A stretch of DNA of 64,000 nt from Escherichia coli (GCF_046105845.1 NZ_CP151004.1); one strand, 5' to 3'. Positions 24,633 to 35,715 are shown, numbered from the stretch's first letter. Notes: generated from the sequence alone by a model not told the origin. A program made the numbers and translations.

Positions 24633-26579
24633 TTACTCTCGTGCCAGAGCATCTACTGGATCCAGTCGTGCCGCATTTCGTGCGGGTAACCAGCCAAATA
24701 AAATCCCGGTGACCGTCGAGCAGAGAAACGCCAGCAGCAGCGCCAAAGGTGAAAAACCAATCTCCCAGCCGGGTAAGAAAAGCTGCAAGGTGAAAGCAAT
24801 TAACAGTGACAGTGTTATTCCCAACGCGCCACCGACCAGGCAAACCAGCACGGCTTCGATCAGGAACTGTTGCAACACATCACTTGCTCGCGCACCTACA
24901 GCCATGCGAATGCCAATTTCCCGCGTCCGCTCGGTCACTGACACCAGCATAATATTCATTACACCAATACCGCCCACCACCAGCGAAATCACCGCCACCA
25001 GCGTCAGAAACAGTTGTAAAGTACGTGTGGTCTTTTCAACGGTTTTCAAGACGCCGTCCATGTTCCAGGTAAAGAAATCCTTTTTTCCGTGGCGCAGTGA
25101 AAGTAAACGCATGAGTTGCTGTTCCGCCTCAGCGCTGTCAAATCCTTCTTTCACCCTGACAGTAATGGAGTTCAGCCACGACTGGCCCATAACTCGCCCG
25201 GACATCGTGCTGTAAGGTAGCCAGACACGCAGCACTTTACTGCTACCAAACATCGACTGTTTTTCTTCCGCCACACCAATGACTCTGGCGGGCATATTGC
25301 CGACCAGAATCACCTCGCCAACCACATCTGCTTTATGGGGGAAAAGCTGGCGGCGAGTATTACTGTCGAGAACTACGACCTGCGCACGACCGTTCAGCTG
25401 CTCCTGATTAAAGGTGTTCCCTTCACTGAAGGTCATGCCATAGACATTAAAATAATCGCCGCTCACGCCATTGGCACTGGCAGCCACATCAACATTGTTA
25501 TAACGCAGGCGCAGGTTTTGCGAGACGGCAGGTGTGGCTGAGGCGACCCACGGTTGTTTTTGGATGGCGATTAAGTCATCGTACTTCAGCGCCTGCTGAT
25601 ATTGCGGATCGTCATCGCCAAAATCTTTCCCGGGATAGACATCAATAGTATTCGTACCAATAGAACGAATATCCGCCAGCACCATTTGTTTGGCGGCGTC
25701 ACCCACCACGACAATGGAAACCACCGACGCAATACCGATAATAATCCCCAGCATGGTCAGTAAAGTACGCATTTTATTCGCTGCCAGCGCCCGCCATGCC
25801 ATCGTCAGCGCCTCGTTAAAACCGCTGACAAACTGCCGCCAGCCAGACGCCGTGTTGACAGCAGGTTCCGTCCCGCCAGCAACATTCACTTTTTCAATGG
25901 CGGGAGGATTGCGCACAATTTCGCCGTCGCGAATTTCGATCACCCTCTCGGCCTGAGCAGCGACCTGCGGATCGTGGGTAACGATAATCACCGTATGCCC
26001 GCGATCGCGCAGCTGATGCAGGATCGCCATCACCTCTTCGCCAGAATGGCTGTCCAGTGCGCCGGTTGGTTCATCGGCAAGAATTACCTGACCGCCGTTC
26101 ATCAATGCCCGCGCGATGCTGACGCGCTGTTGCTGACCACCCGAAAGCTGTGCCGGATAATACTCTGTACGGTCTTCCAGCCCCAGTCGTTGCAGCAACT
26201 CCTGGGCGCGAAGCAGCCGCTGTTTCCGCTCAAGACCGGCATAGACGGCGGGTACTTCAACGTTCTGCTCGGCGGTTAAATGCGAAAGCAAATGGTAACG
26301 CTGGAAAATAAAGCCGAAATGCTCGCGGCGCAGTTGCGCCAGCGCATCGGCGTCCAGCGTGGCAACATCCTGACCGGCTACGCGATAGGTGCCGCTGGTG
26401 GCCTTATCCAGGCAGCCGAGAATATTCATTAGGGTCGATTTACCGGAACCCGAAGCGCCGACAATCGCCACCATCTCACCAGCATAAATATCGAGGGTGA
26501 TGCCCTTCAGCACCTCAACCTGCTCATCACCGGCAGGATAGCTGCGACGAATATCCTTTAATTCGAGCAAGGGCGTCAT
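24633..26579 (-). CDS. macB: Macrolide/peptide export ABC transporter MacB (ATPase-permease fusion)
   Basis: 648 aa; N-terminal ABC ATPase ([17 protein letters not shown]) plus FtsX-like permease. Confidence 0.95.
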   Translation of the reverse strand: MTPLLELKDIRRSYPAGDEQVEVLKGITLDIYAGEMVAIVGASGSGKSTLMNILGCLDKATSGTYRVAGQDVATLDADALAQLRREHFGFIFQRYHLLSHLTAEQNVEVPAVYAGLERKQRLLRAQELLQRLGLEDRTEYYPAQLSGGQQQRVSIARALMNGGQVILADEPTGALDSHSGEEVMAILHQLRDRGHTVIIVTHDPQVAAQAERVIEIRDGEIVRNPPAIEKVNVAGGTEPAVNTASGWRQFVSGFNEALTMAWRALAANKMRTLLTMLGIIIGIASVVSIVVVGDAAKQMVLADIRSIGTNTIDVYPGKDFGDDDPQYQQALKYDDLIAIQKQPWVASATPAVSQNLRLRYNNVDVAASANGVSGDYFNVYGMTFSEGNTFNQEQLNGRAQVVVLDSNTRRQLFPHKADVVGEVILVGNMPARVIGVAEEKQSMFGSSKVLRVWLPYSTMSGRVMGQSWLNSITVRVKEGFDSAEAEQQLMRLLSLRHGKKDFFTWNMDGVLKTVEKTTRTLQLFLTLVAVISLVVGGIGVMNIMLVSVTERTREIGIRMAVGARASDVLQQFLIEAVLVCLVGGALGITLSLLIAFTLQLFLPGWEIGFSPLALLLAFLCSTVTGILFGWLPARNAARLDPVDALARE

Positions 26580-27691
26580 TGTGCAGCTCCTGGTTTGGCC
26601 TCACCAATCACCACTTCATCGCCCGCTTCCAGCCCTTTGACAATCTCAACATCGGTATCGTTACGTGCGCCAATCGTCACTTCACGCTCGCGTGTTTCAC
26701 CATTACGCAACAATTTGACTTTATAACGATTATCGCCAACCGGATCGCCTAACGCCGACAGAGGGATCGTCAGCACATTTTTCACATCGGTGAGCTGAAT
26801 ATGCACTTGCGCAGTCATATCCAGCCGCAGCAAACCATTGGGGTTGGGGACTTCAAAACGGGCGTAATAGAAAATAGCGTCGTTAACCTTTTCCGGCGTC
26901 GGTAGTACATCCTTGATTTGCCCCTCGTAGCGCGTCAGTGGATCGCCAAGCACCGTAAACCAGGCTTTTTGCCCCGGCTTCAGGTGGATTACATCCGCTT
27001 CAGAAACCTGCGCTTTTACCAGCATGGTGCTCATATCTGCCAGCGTCAGAATGTTCGGTGCTTGTTGTGCGGCAATCACCGTCTGGCCTTGCAGAGTAGT
27101 GATTTGCGTGACTTCCCCGGCCATCGGAGCAACGATGCGGGTGTAATCGAGATTGGTTTTAGCCGTATCGAGAGAGGCCTGATTGCGCTTGATTTGCGCG
27201 TCAATGGTGCCAATTTGCGCCTGTTTCACAGCCATCTCCGTCGCGGCGGTATCGAGATCCTGCTGTGAAACCGCTTGCGTTTGTGCAAGACGTTGCTGAC
27301 GGGAATACGTCACCCGCGCCAGTTTCAGCTCCGCTTCCGCCTGCTGCCGCTGCGCGCGTAGCTCCATCAGCGTTGCTTCCACCTCCTTAATCTGGTTTTC
27401 AGCCTGTTCAGGATCAATAACCCCTAAAAGCTGGTCTTTTTTTACTTTATCACCAATCGCCACCGACAGCGTTTTCAACTGACCGCTGACCTGCGCGCCC
27501 ACATCAACCTTACGCAGCGCGTCCAGCTTTCCGGTCGCCAGCACGCTTTGCTGTAAATCACCGGGGCGCACAATCAGCGTCTGATAAGTCGGCACGGGTG
27601 CGTTAAGAATTCTCCATAACGTAATCAGCCCGGCAATGACTATCACCAGCGCAATAACGTAACGCTTCTTCACGGTTTTCCGCTTTTTCAT
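26576..27691 (-). CDS. macA: Membrane fusion protein MacA
   Basis: ORF 26576..27718; start at internal ATG gives [21 protein letters not shown]..., 371 aa; 4-bp overlap with macB start. Confidence 0.9.
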   Translation of the reverse strand: MKKRKTVKKRYVIALVIVIAGLITLWRILNAPVPTYQTLIVRPGDLQQSVLATGKLDALRKVDVGAQVSGQLKTLSVAIGDKVKKDQLLGVIDPEQAENQIKEVEATLMELRAQRQQAEAELKLARVTYSRQQRLAQTQAVSQQDLDTAATEMAVKQAQIGTIDAQIKRNQASLDTAKTNLDYTRIVAPMAGEVTQITTLQGQTVIAAQQAPNILTLADMSTMLVKAQVSEADVIHLKPGQKAWFTVLGDPLTRYEGQIKDVLPTPEKVNDAIFYYARFEVPNPNGLLRLDMTAQVHIQLTDVKNVLTIPLSALGDPVGDNRYKVKLLRNGETREREVTIGARNDTDVEIVKGLEAGDEVVIGEAKPGAAQ

Positions 27692-27805
27692 AAATATTCT
27701 GAATACTCCATATGCCAATCCGGGTCATTAACTTCAACGAAATATCAACAAAACCCTAAAATTTACGTTAGTAATCACACTATTGATGTTTGGTTAAGAT
27801 ACGCA

Positions 27806-28798
27806 ATGGTGAAATCGACGTCATGTATAACCATTGATTTCATGAATATGTCGCAGCTAACTGAACGGACCTTTACGTCATCTGAATCTCTCAGCAGCCT
27901 GTCACTTTTTCTTAGTCTGGCACGTGGACAGTGTCGGCCGGGTAAATTCTGGCATCGCCGTAGTTTTCGCCAGAAATTTTTGCTGCGCTCGTTGATTATG
28001 CCGCGTTTAAGCGTTGAGTGGATGAACGAACTTTCCCACTGGCCCAATCTCAATGTGTTGTTAACGCGCCAGCCGCGACTGCCTGTGCGTCTGCATCGCC
28101 CTTACCTTGCGGCGAATCTTAGCCGTAAGCAATTGCTGGAGGCGTTACGTTACCATTATGCGTTACTCCGCGGGTGTATGTCGGCGGAAGAATTCAGCTT
28201 ATATTTGAATACCCCCGGGCTGCAACTGGCGAAGCTGGAAGGCAAAAACGGCGAGCAGTTCACACTTGAGCTGACCATGATGATCTCAATGGATAAAGAA
28301 GGTGACAGCACAATCCTGTTCCGCAACAGCGAAGGTATTCCTCTGGCAGAGATCACGTTTACCCTGTGTGAATATCAGGGGAAAAGAACGATGTTTATTG
28401 GCGGACTGCAAGGCGCAAAATGGGAAATTCCACATCAGGAAATCCAGAATGCGACGAAAGCCTGCCACGGGCTATTTCCTAAACGCCTCGTGATGGAAGC
28501 GGCCTGTCTGTTTGCCCAACGTTTGCAGGTAAAGCAGATCATTGCCGTCAGCAATGAAACACATATTTACCGCAGCCTGCGTTATCGCGATAAAGAAGGC
28601 AAGATCCATGCTGATTACAACGCTTTCTGGGAGTCGGTTGGCGGCGTATGTGATGCTGAATGCCATTACCGCCTTCCGGCACAGATAGCACGAAAAGAGA
28701 TTGCCGAAATCGCCAGTAAAAAACGGGCTGAATACCGTCGGCGCTATGAGATGCTCGACGCTATTCAGCCACAAATGGCCACGATGTTTCGCGGTTAA
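27806..28798 (+). CDS. ybjX: VirK/YbjX-family protein (DUF535)
   Basis: 330-aa ORF in the conserved position between macA and ybjD; exact start uncertain (ATG candidates at 27806, 27842, 27848). Confidence 0.8.
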   Translation: MVKSTSCITIDFMNMSQLTERTFTSSESLSSLSLFLSLARGQCRPGKFWHRRSFRQKFLLRSLIMPRLSVEWMNELSHWPNLNVLLTRQPRLPVRLHRPYLAANLSRKQLLEALRYHYALLRGCMSAEEFSLYLNTPGLQLAKLEGKNGEQFTLELTMMISMDKEGDSTILFRNSEGIPLAEITFTLCEYQGKRTMFIGGLQGAKWEIPHQEIQNATKACHGLFPKRLVMEAACLFAQRLQVKQIIAVSNETHIYRSLRYRDKEGKIHADYNAFWESVGGVCDAECHYRLPAQIARKEIAEIASKKRAEYRRRYEMLDAIQPQMATMFRG

Positions 28799-30453
28799 TC
28801 CGCGCGACCGCGCGCCAGCCACAGCACGCGTGAGAACATTTTTTTCAGCAGCGTCGGTACGGAGTCCACACCACGACGTCCGGCCTCCATTGCCACTTCA
28901 ATGGCAAGATCGGGTTTGGAAGAGCGATGGATCGCTTTCGAGATAATTTTGCGCAGATTCATCGGTACATTTTCCGGGATTTGCGCCACGCGGTGGAACA
29001 CATCGGAAAATCCCTGGCGATACATAAAATGTTCCATATCCAGCGCCGGTAACGCCGTTAAATGTTCTCGTTCGGCTTCCCGATCGTTATTCAACAGGCT
29101 GCGTACCGTAGCGGCATATTTCTTCCCTGCTTCATCGCCATCGACCAGTACATGCCATTCAATCCCCATTCGGCGGGCAAATTTAACCAGTGGCTTTAGC
29201 CCGGACTGGGCAAACTCAATGACCTTGATTCCTTCGGCATCAAAATGATGTCCGCACTGACGCGCCAGTTCATTGATAACCCAGGTTTCCGTTTCGCCTT
29301 CCACCAGCAGCCAGCAGCGTGCAAACAGCGATGACGGACGATTAAAACGAATGTGGAAAGAGATGCGTCGGCTGTCTTCGGTACTCAAACCACTCGGTCC
29401 CAGACGCCAGGCGGCAACGCGCGAGGACTCACGTACCAGTCGGCAAATATGCTCTACCGGCGTTAACGAAAGCAACTCACCCGAGTTGGTGGTGGCAATG
29501 CGCTGCAATGGCAGAAGATTCAACAGATGCCAGGCAACTGAAAGCATAATGGGGTGTAAACGGGTTTCTGGATCTTCGATCAGCAACAATGGACGGGCGT
29601 CTTTATCCAGTCGCAATGTGCCTTTTGCCTGCAACAAAGTAGCAAACAGGCCGAGCAAAATAACCCGATACGAGCGCCCTCCTGGTCGGTCAATCATCCG
29701 GTTGATGATATCCAGATAGCGCCAGCTTCGTTGCTCATTGCTGGCTCGCCGCCGCATTAAACGATATCGCGCCTGTCCGGCCCCCTGCTCAGAGAAATAA
29801 TGCTCTAGCAGCTGTACCATTGCGGAAAGTCCCTGACGAATCTGCCCATCAGAGAGATTTTGCGGATGTGAGGATAACTCACGGGCGAGGAAATCGAGCT
29901 GGCGCGCGGTGACTTCCACATTAGGGACATTTGGCACCGTGCCGTTACGAATACGGCGCATAAAACGGGCATCACGCAAGCGCAGCACCGGCATTAAACG
30001 CACCAGATGGCGTGCCTGATCGTTAATATCCTCGACATCAATCGGATGTCCGTCTTTATCGAGAAAACTGCGCAGTGTCATCACGCTGCCGTCTTCCGCA
30101 CTCTCCCCTTCCAGACGATAAAAAATACGGTGATAGCCATCGGTGCATGGCGTCCAGCACGCTTCCAGCGGCCGATAACGGCGAACCCGATGTCGGCCTG
30201 GCAACGATTCGCGGAAGGTCAAAATAATATGCAGATGATGTTCTCGCCCGTTGATATCTCCCGGCGGGAACCAGAAATCGTCGCGCTCAAAATGGTAGAG
30301 ATCTGATTCTGGCGATAGCAGCAGAGTTAAGGCGTCCAGCAAGCTGGATTTACCCCACGCGTTCTCCCCAATCAGGACGTTGTTTTGTTCCAGCATCAAC
30401 GACAAACGGTTGATACCGCGAAAACCCACAATTTCAACGCGCTCAAGAATCAT
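28795..30453 (-). CDS. ybjD: OLD-family putative nuclease YbjD (N-terminal ABC-type ATPase, C-terminal Toprim-like region)
   Basis: 552 aa; Walker A GENAWGKSS at the N-terminus; recognised as YbjD; stop overlaps the ybjX stop (shared TTAA). Confidence 0.85.
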   Translation of the reverse strand: MILERVEIVGFRGINRLSLMLEQNNVLIGENAWGKSSLLDALTLLLSPESDLYHFERDDFWFPPGDINGREHHLHIILTFRESLPGRHRVRRYRPLEACWTPCTDGYHRIFYRLEGESAEDGSVMTLRSFLDKDGHPIDVEDINDQARHLVRLMPVLRLRDARFMRRIRNGTVPNVPNVEVTARQLDFLARELSSHPQNLSDGQIRQGLSAMVQLLEHYFSEQGAGQARYRLMRRRASNEQRSWRYLDIINRMIDRPGGRSYRVILLGLFATLLQAKGTLRLDKDARPLLLIEDPETRLHPIMLSVAWHLLNLLPLQRIATTNSGELLSLTPVEHICRLVRESSRVAAWRLGPSGLSTEDSRRISFHIRFNRPSSLFARCWLLVEGETETWVINELARQCGHHFDAEGIKVIEFAQSGLKPLVKFARRMGIEWHVLVDGDEAGKKYAATVRSLLNNDREAEREHLTALPALDMEHFMYRQGFSDVFHRVAQIPENVPMNLRKIISKAIHRSSKPDLAIEVAMEAGRRGVDSVPTLLKKMFSRVLWLARGRAD

Positions 30454-30878
30454 ATCCCCTCCAGAAATATGTGACTTATCCTTTACGCTGGCAGTATAAC
30501 GGGAAAGGCCATGCTAATACGTGATGACATCACATTTAAGCATGGCAAATGTCTGAAAAATGAGCGAATAATCGCGTTATACTCCCTCTTGCTGATAAGC
30601 CTGCAAAAACAACAAAATCAAATAATTAGCATGATAAATTATTTTTTATTACGCCTAAAGGATTAAATCTTTTGCTTGCACTACACTGTCAATCAGACAA
30701 ATGACTATATGGGGCAACCCGCTGTTGCCCTAAATCAAATTTACTGGATTTATTTATCTGGTGAATGACTCGCCTTCGTTTTTAAAATAGCCGCGCATTA
30801 TTTCCGTCGTCACTTTTTTACGACGACCCTATAAAACGACCATATTTTTCACAGGGTCAATTTTTAATTGAGGTGGAT

Positions 30879-31574
30879 ATGTTCAGAAAATTAGCAGCTG
30901 AATGTTTTGGTACTTTCTGGCTTGTTTTTGGTGGCTGTGGTAGTGCTGTACTGGCCGCAGGCTTCCCGGAATTAGGCATTGGTTTTGCCGGCGTGGCGCT
31001 GGCATTCGGTCTGACCGTTCTGACGATGGCCTTTGCTGTTGGTCATATTTCTGGTGGTCATTTTAACCCGGCGGTCACTATTGGTTTATGGGCTGGCGGA
31101 CGTTTCCCGGCAAAAGAAGTCGTTGGCTACGTAATTGCCCAGGTTGTCGGCGGTATTGTTGCGGCGGCGCTGCTGTATTTAATTGCCAGTGGTAAAACGG
31201 GTTTTGACGCGGCAGCCAGCGGTTTTGCTTCTAACGGTTATGGCGAGCATTCGCCAGGCGGTTATTCCATGCTTTCCGCACTGGTAGTTGAACTGGTATT
31301 GAGTGCAGGTTTCCTGCTGGTGATCCACGGCGCAACCGACAAATACGCTCCGGCAGGTTTTGCACCGATCGCTATTGGTCTGGCCTTAACCCTGATTCAC
31401 TTAATCAGTATTCCGGTGACTAACACTTCTGTTAACCCGGCGCGCAGCACCGCGGTTGCTATCTTCCAGGGCGGCTGGGCATTAGAACAACTGTGGTTCT
31501 TCTGGGTGGTGCCAATTGTCGGCGGTATTATCGGTGGTCTGATTTACCGGACCCTGCTGGAAAAGCGTAATTAA
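30879..31574 (+). CDS. aqpZ: Aquaporin Z
   Basis: ORF 30873..31574; start at ATG gives [22 protein letters not shown], 231 aa; two NPA motifs. Confidence 0.95.
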   Translation: MFRKLAAECFGTFWLVFGGCGSAVLAAGFPELGIGFAGVALAFGLTVLTMAFAVGHISGGHFNPAVTIGLWAGGRFPAKEVVGYVIAQVVGGIVAAALLYLIASGKTGFDAAASGFASNGYGEHSPGGYSMLSALVVELVLSAGFLLVIHGATDKYAPAGFAPIAIGLALTLIHLISIPVTNTSVNPARSTAVAIFQGGWALEQLWFFWVVPIVGGIIGGLIYRTLLEKRN

Positions 31575-31639
31575 TTAGCATTGGCATTTTATTTGCCCTG
31601 GTTGTTTTATCTTCGACGTTACAAACCGCACGGGTGTTG

Positions 31640-31860
31640 GTGGCGTCAAAATCGCTGAAGCGTTCCCCGAAGGCCGGGGCAGCCCACATGGATGTGGGCT
31701 GAGGGCGCGTCTTACAGGACGTTACCTCGCGCCCGACCCGGTAGCCGAAGGGGATAAGCGGAAGGCACCGCGCAGCGGCGATTTTGTTCGCCAGAGCCCG
31801 GGGGTGCAGGGGGCGGCGGCGACTGGCCGCCCCCTGCGCGCTCCTTGCACCAGTGGCTTT
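31640..31860. other. GC-rich, hairpin-dense intergenic element (unclassified)
   Basis: About 220 bp of high GC with several inverted repeats, including a perfect 11-bp stem at 31806..31837 and palindrome gcccacat-gg-atgtgggc at 31682..31699. Confidence 0.3.
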
Positions 31861-32030
31861 ATATGGCATTGCACATGAAAGGAGCGCAACAATGCTAAAC
31901 ACTCATAGAGAATTAAAAATCCCCCTCTGATGCATAACATTTCCTTTTAATTGCAACTTTACTCGTCCTTCCGCTTTCAGTAGTGTGTCATCGCGCATTT
32001 CGACTTCATCTTTGCAAGGACTGGGTTTTC

Positions 32031-32930
32031 ATGTTTTCTGGGCTGTTAATCATTCTGGTTCCCCTGATTGTGGGTTACCTCATTCCGCTTCGCCAAAAAG
32101 CTGCATTAAGAGTTATTAATCAGCTCTTAAGCTGGATGGTTTACCTTATTCTCTTTTTTATGGGTATCAGTCTGGCGTTTCTCGATAACCTCGCCAGTAA
32201 CCTGTTGGCAATTCTGCATTATTCCGCCGTCAGCATTACCATTATTTTACTCTGCAATATTATTGCGTTGTTGTGGCTGGAGCGCGGTCTGCCGTGGCGC
32301 AATCACCACCAGCAAGAAAAACTCCCGTCGCGTATTGCGATGGCGCTGGAGTCGCTAAAACTGTGCGGCGTAGTAGTGATTGGTTTTGCCATTGGCCTGA
32401 GTGGACTGGCTTTCTTACAACATGCGACCGAAGCCAGTGAATACACCTTAATTCTGCTACTTTTCCTCGTCGGTATTCAGTTGCGCAATAATGGCATGAC
32501 CTTAAAGCAGATTGTCCTTAATCGCCGGGGAATGATTGTCGCCGTGGTGGTGGTTGTCAGTTCATTAATTGGTGGTTTAATTAACGCCTTTATTCTTGAT
32601 CTCCCCATCAATACCGCGCTGGCAATGGCCTCTGGTTTCGGCTGGTATTCTCTTTCCGGTATTTTATTGACCGAATCTTTTGGTCCGGTAATCGGGAGCG
32701 CGGCGTTTTTTAATGATCTGGCCCGTGAGCTGATTGCAATTATGTTGATCCCTGGGCTGATTCGCCGCAGCCGCTCTACCGCACTGGGCTTATGCGGTGC
32801 CACGTCGATGGATTTCACCCTGCCCGTTCTTCAACGTACTGGCGGGCTGGATATGGTCCCGGCGGCGATTGTTCACGGTTTTATTCTTAGTCTGTTAGTG
32901 CCGATCCTCATCGCCTTTTTCTCTGCATAA
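32031..32930 (+). CDS. lysO: Lysine exporter LysO
   Basis: ORF 31983..32930; start at internal ATG gives MFSGLLIILVPLIVGYLIP, 299 aa; polytopic membrane protein. Confidence 0.85.
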   Translation: MFSGLLIILVPLIVGYLIPLRQKAALRVINQLLSWMVYLILFFMGISLAFLDNLASNLLAILHYSAVSITIILLCNIIALLWLERGLPWRNHHQQEKLPSRIAMALESLKLCGVVVIGFAIGLSGLAFLQHATEASEYTLILLLFLVGIQLRNNGMTLKQIVLNRRGMIVAVVVVVSSLIGGLINAFILDLPINTALAMASGFGWYSLSGILLTESFGPVIGSAAFFNDLARELIAIMLIPGLIRRSRSTALGLCGATSMDFTLPVLQRTGGLDMVPAAIVHGFILSLLVPILIAFFSA

Positions 32931-32963
32931 TACCTCTCTGGCGGTAGATCCCTGCCGCCAAAA

Positions 32964-32977
32964 TTGCGCTAAATCAA
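32964..32977 (+). promoter_or_regulatory. Candidate FNR half-site pair upstream of hcp (TTGCG-ctaa-ATCAA)
   Basis: Close to the FNR consensus TTGAT-N4-ATCAA; about 100 bp upstream of the hcp start. Confidence 0.45.
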
Positions 32978-33036
32978 TCTCCCTTAAAGTTGCATAAAAA
33001 ATCCCTTTTATCCCCGCGTTAAGCGTCTTAACCTTA

Positions 33037-33059
33037 AACATGTATATTAAATATAACTT
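33037..33059 (+). promoter_or_regulatory. Candidate NsrR operator upstream of hcp
   Basis: AT-rich inverted repeat aacatgtatatt-aaatataactt resembling the NsrR 11-1-11 motif, overlapping the likely core promoter. Confidence 0.5.
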
Positions 33060-33073
33060 TAAAAGGTGTGATC

Positions 33074-34726
33074 ATGTTTTGTGTGCAATGTGAACAAACT
33101 ATCCGTACTCCGGCAGGAAACGGCTGCTCATACGCGCAGGGGATGTGTGGTAAAACGGCGGAAACCTCTGACCTTCAGGATTTACTCATCGCGGCGCTGC
33201 AAGGGCTTTCGGCCTGGGCGGTAAAAGCGCGTGAATACGGCATCATCAACCACGATGTAGACAGCTTTGCGCCACGCGCATTTTTCTCAACCCTGACCAA
33301 CGTTAACTTCGATTCTCCGCGTATTGTCGGCTACGCTCGTGAAGCGATTGCCCTGCGCGAGGCGCTGAAAGCACAATGCCTGGCTGTAGATGCCAACGCG
33401 CACGTCGATAACCCGATGGCTGACCTGCAACTGGTGAGCGACGATCTCGGCGAGCTGCAACGTCAGGCAGCAGAATTTACCCCTAACAAAGATAAAGCGG
33501 CGATTGGCGAAAACATTCTCGGCCTGCGTCTGCTGTGCCTGTATGGCCTGAAAGGTGCGGCGGCCTATATGGAACACGCACACGTTCTCGGTCAATACGA
33601 CAATGATATTTACGCCCAGTACCATAAAATCATGGCGTGGCTGGGGACCTGGCCTGCCGATATGAACGCGCTTCTTGAGTGTTCAATGGAAATCGGCCAG
33701 ATGAACTTCAAAGTGATGAGCATTCTGGATGCAGGCGAAACCAGTAAATACGGTCACCCGACGCCAACCCAGGTCAACGTCAAAGCGACGGCGGGTAAAT
33801 GCATTCTGATTTCCGGTCACGATCTCAAAGATCTCTACAACCTGCTGGAACAGACCGAAGGCACGGGCGTTAATGTCTACACCCACGGTGAAATGCTGCC
33901 TGCGCATGGCTACCCGGAGCTGCGTAAATTCAAGCATCTGGTCGGTAACTACGGCAGCGGCTGGCAGAATCAGCAAGTGGAGTTCGCTCGTTTCCCTGGC
34001 CCCATCGTGATGACCTCGAACTGCATCATCGACCCAACCGTAGGCGCTTATGACGATCGTATCTGGACCCGCAGCATCGTTGGCTGGCCGGGTGTGCGTC
34101 ATCTGGATGGCGAAGATTTCTCTGCGGTCATCGCCCAGGCGCAACAAATGGCGGGCTTCCCGTACAGCGAAATTCCGCACCTGATCACCGTGGGCTTTGG
34201 TCGTCAAACGCTGCTTGGCGCAGCGGATACGCTGATTGATCTGGTAAGCCGTGAAAAACTGCGTCATATCTTCCTGCTTGGCGGCTGTGACGGCGCACGC
34301 GGCGAGCGTCACTACTTCACCGATTTCGCCACCAACGTGCCGGATGACTGTCTGATCCTGACTCTCGCCTGTGGTAAATATCGCTTTAACAAACTCGAGT
34401 TTGGCGATATCGAAGGTCTGCCGCGTCTGGTAGATGCTGGTCAGTGTAACGATGCTTACTCAGCGATTATTCTGGCGGTAACGCTGGCAGAAAAACTGGG
34501 CTGCGGTGTCAACGATCTGCCGCTGTCGCTGGTGCTCTCGTGGTTTGAACAGAAAGCGATTGTCATTCTGCTGACACTGCTTTCTCTGGGTGTGAAAAAT
34601 ATCGTAACCGGCCCGACTGCACCTGGTTTCCTGACACCAGACCTGCTGGCGGTGCTGAACGAGAAATTCGGCCTGCGTTCTATCACCACTGTTGAAGAAG
34701 ACATGAAGCAACTGTTGAGCGCGTAA
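33074..34726 (+). CDS. hcp: Hybrid-cluster protein (hydroxylamine reductase / NO reductase)
   Basis: ORF 33068..34726; start gives [20 protein letters not shown], 550 aa; N-terminal Cys motif. Confidence 0.95.
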   Translation: MFCVQCEQTIRTPAGNGCSYAQGMCGKTAETSDLQDLLIAALQGLSAWAVKAREYGIINHDVDSFAPRAFFSTLTNVNFDSPRIVGYAREAIALREALKAQCLAVDANAHVDNPMADLQLVSDDLGELQRQAAEFTPNKDKAAIGENILGLRLLCLYGLKGAAAYMEHAHVLGQYDNDIYAQYHKIMAWLGTWPADMNALLECSMEIGQMNFKVMSILDAGETSKYGHPTPTQVNVKATAGKCILISGHDLKDLYNLLEQTEGTGVNVYTHGEMLPAHGYPELRKFKHLVGNYGSGWQNQQVEFARFPGPIVMTSNCIIDPTVGAYDDRIWTRSIVGWPGVRHLDGEDFSAVIAQAQQMAGFPYSEIPHLITVGFGRQTLLGAADTLIDLVSREKLRHIFLLGGCDGARGERHYFTDFATNVPDDCLILTLACGKYRFNKLEFGDIEGLPRLVDAGQCNDAYSAIILAVTLAEKLGCGVNDLPLSLVLSWFEQKAIVILLTLLSLGVKNIVTGPTAPGFLTPDLLAVLNEKFGLRSITTVEEDMKQLLSA

Positions 34727-34737
34727 GGAGTTTGTCG

Positions 34738-35706
34738 ATGACGATGCCAACGAATCAATGCCCGTGGCGGATGCAGGTTCATCACATTACGCAAGAAACG
34801 CCGGATGTATGGACGATTTCCCTGATTTGCCACGATTACTACCCATATCGCGCCGGGCAATATGCACTGGTCAGCGTGCGTAACTCAGCGGAAACGCTGC
34901 GTGCTTACACCATTTCCTCCACGCCAGGCGTGAGTGAATACATCACCCTGACTGTGCGGCGGATTGATGACGGAGTCGGCTCCCAGTGGCTGACGCGCGA
35001 TGTAAAACGCGGTGATTATCTCTGGCTTTCGGACGCGATGGGGGAATTTACCTGCGACGATAAAGCAGAAGATAAATTCCTGTTGCTGGCGGCAGGCTGC
35101 GGCGTCACGCCGATTATGTCGATGCGTCGCTGGCTGGCGAAGAACCGTCCGCAGGCCGATGTGCAGGTGATCTACAACGTGCGTTCGCCGCAGGATGTTA
35201 TTTTCGCCGATGAGTGGCGTAACTATCCGGTGACGCTGGTGGCAGAAAATAACGTTACCGAAGGCTTTATCGCTGGTCGTCTCACTCGCGAACTGCTGGC
35301 AGGTGTCCCTGACTTAACTTCACGTACCGTGATGACCTGCGGCCCGGCTCCGTATATGGATTGGGTAGAGCAGGAAGTGAAAGCGCTCGGCGTGACGCGT
35401 TTCTTTAAAGAGAAATTCTTCACCCCAGTAGCGGAAGCGGCGACCAGCGGTCTGAAATTCACCAAACTGCAACCGGCACGAGAATTTTACGCCCCGTTTG
35501 GCACCACGCTACTGGAGGCGCTGGAAAGCAATAACGTTCCGGTTGTCGCCGCCTGCCGTGCAGGTGTTTGCGGCTGCTGTAAGACGAAAGTGGTTTCCGG
35601 TGAATATACGGTGAGCAGCACAATGACGCTGACCGACGCCGAAATCGCTGAAGGTTACGTGCTGGCCTGCTCCTGCCATCCGCAGGGAGATTTGGTTCTC
35701 GCATAA
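34738..35706 (+). CDS. hcr: NADH oxidoreductase for Hcp (FNR-like FAD/NAD domain plus C-terminal 2Fe-2S ferredoxin)
   Basis: ORF 34732..35706; start at internal ATG gives MTMPTNQCPWRMQVHHITQETPDVW, 322 aa; C-terminal CRAGVCGCC cluster. Confidence 0.95.
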   Translation: MTMPTNQCPWRMQVHHITQETPDVWTISLICHDYYPYRAGQYALVSVRNSAETLRAYTISSTPGVSEYITLTVRRIDDGVGSQWLTRDVKRGDYLWLSDAMGEFTCDDKAEDKFLLLAAGCGVTPIMSMRRWLAKNRPQADVQVIYNVRSPQDVIFADEWRNYPVTLVAENNVTEGFIAGRLTRELLAGVPDLTSRTVMTCGPAPYMDWVEQEVKALGVTRFFKEKFFTPVAEAATSGLKFTKLQPAREFYAPFGTTLLEALESNNVPVVAACRAGVCGCCKTKVVSGEYTVSSTMTLTDAEIAEGYVLACSCHPQGDLVLA

Positions 35707-35715
35707 TCGTCTTAT

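Noticed and set aside
31528-31940. Minus-strand ORFs of 124 and 72 aa in the aqpZ-lysO intergenic region
   Set aside because: They lie in the GC-rich hairpin-dense element, and the longer one overlaps the aqpZ 3' end; high GC suppresses stop codons. Treated as non-coding.
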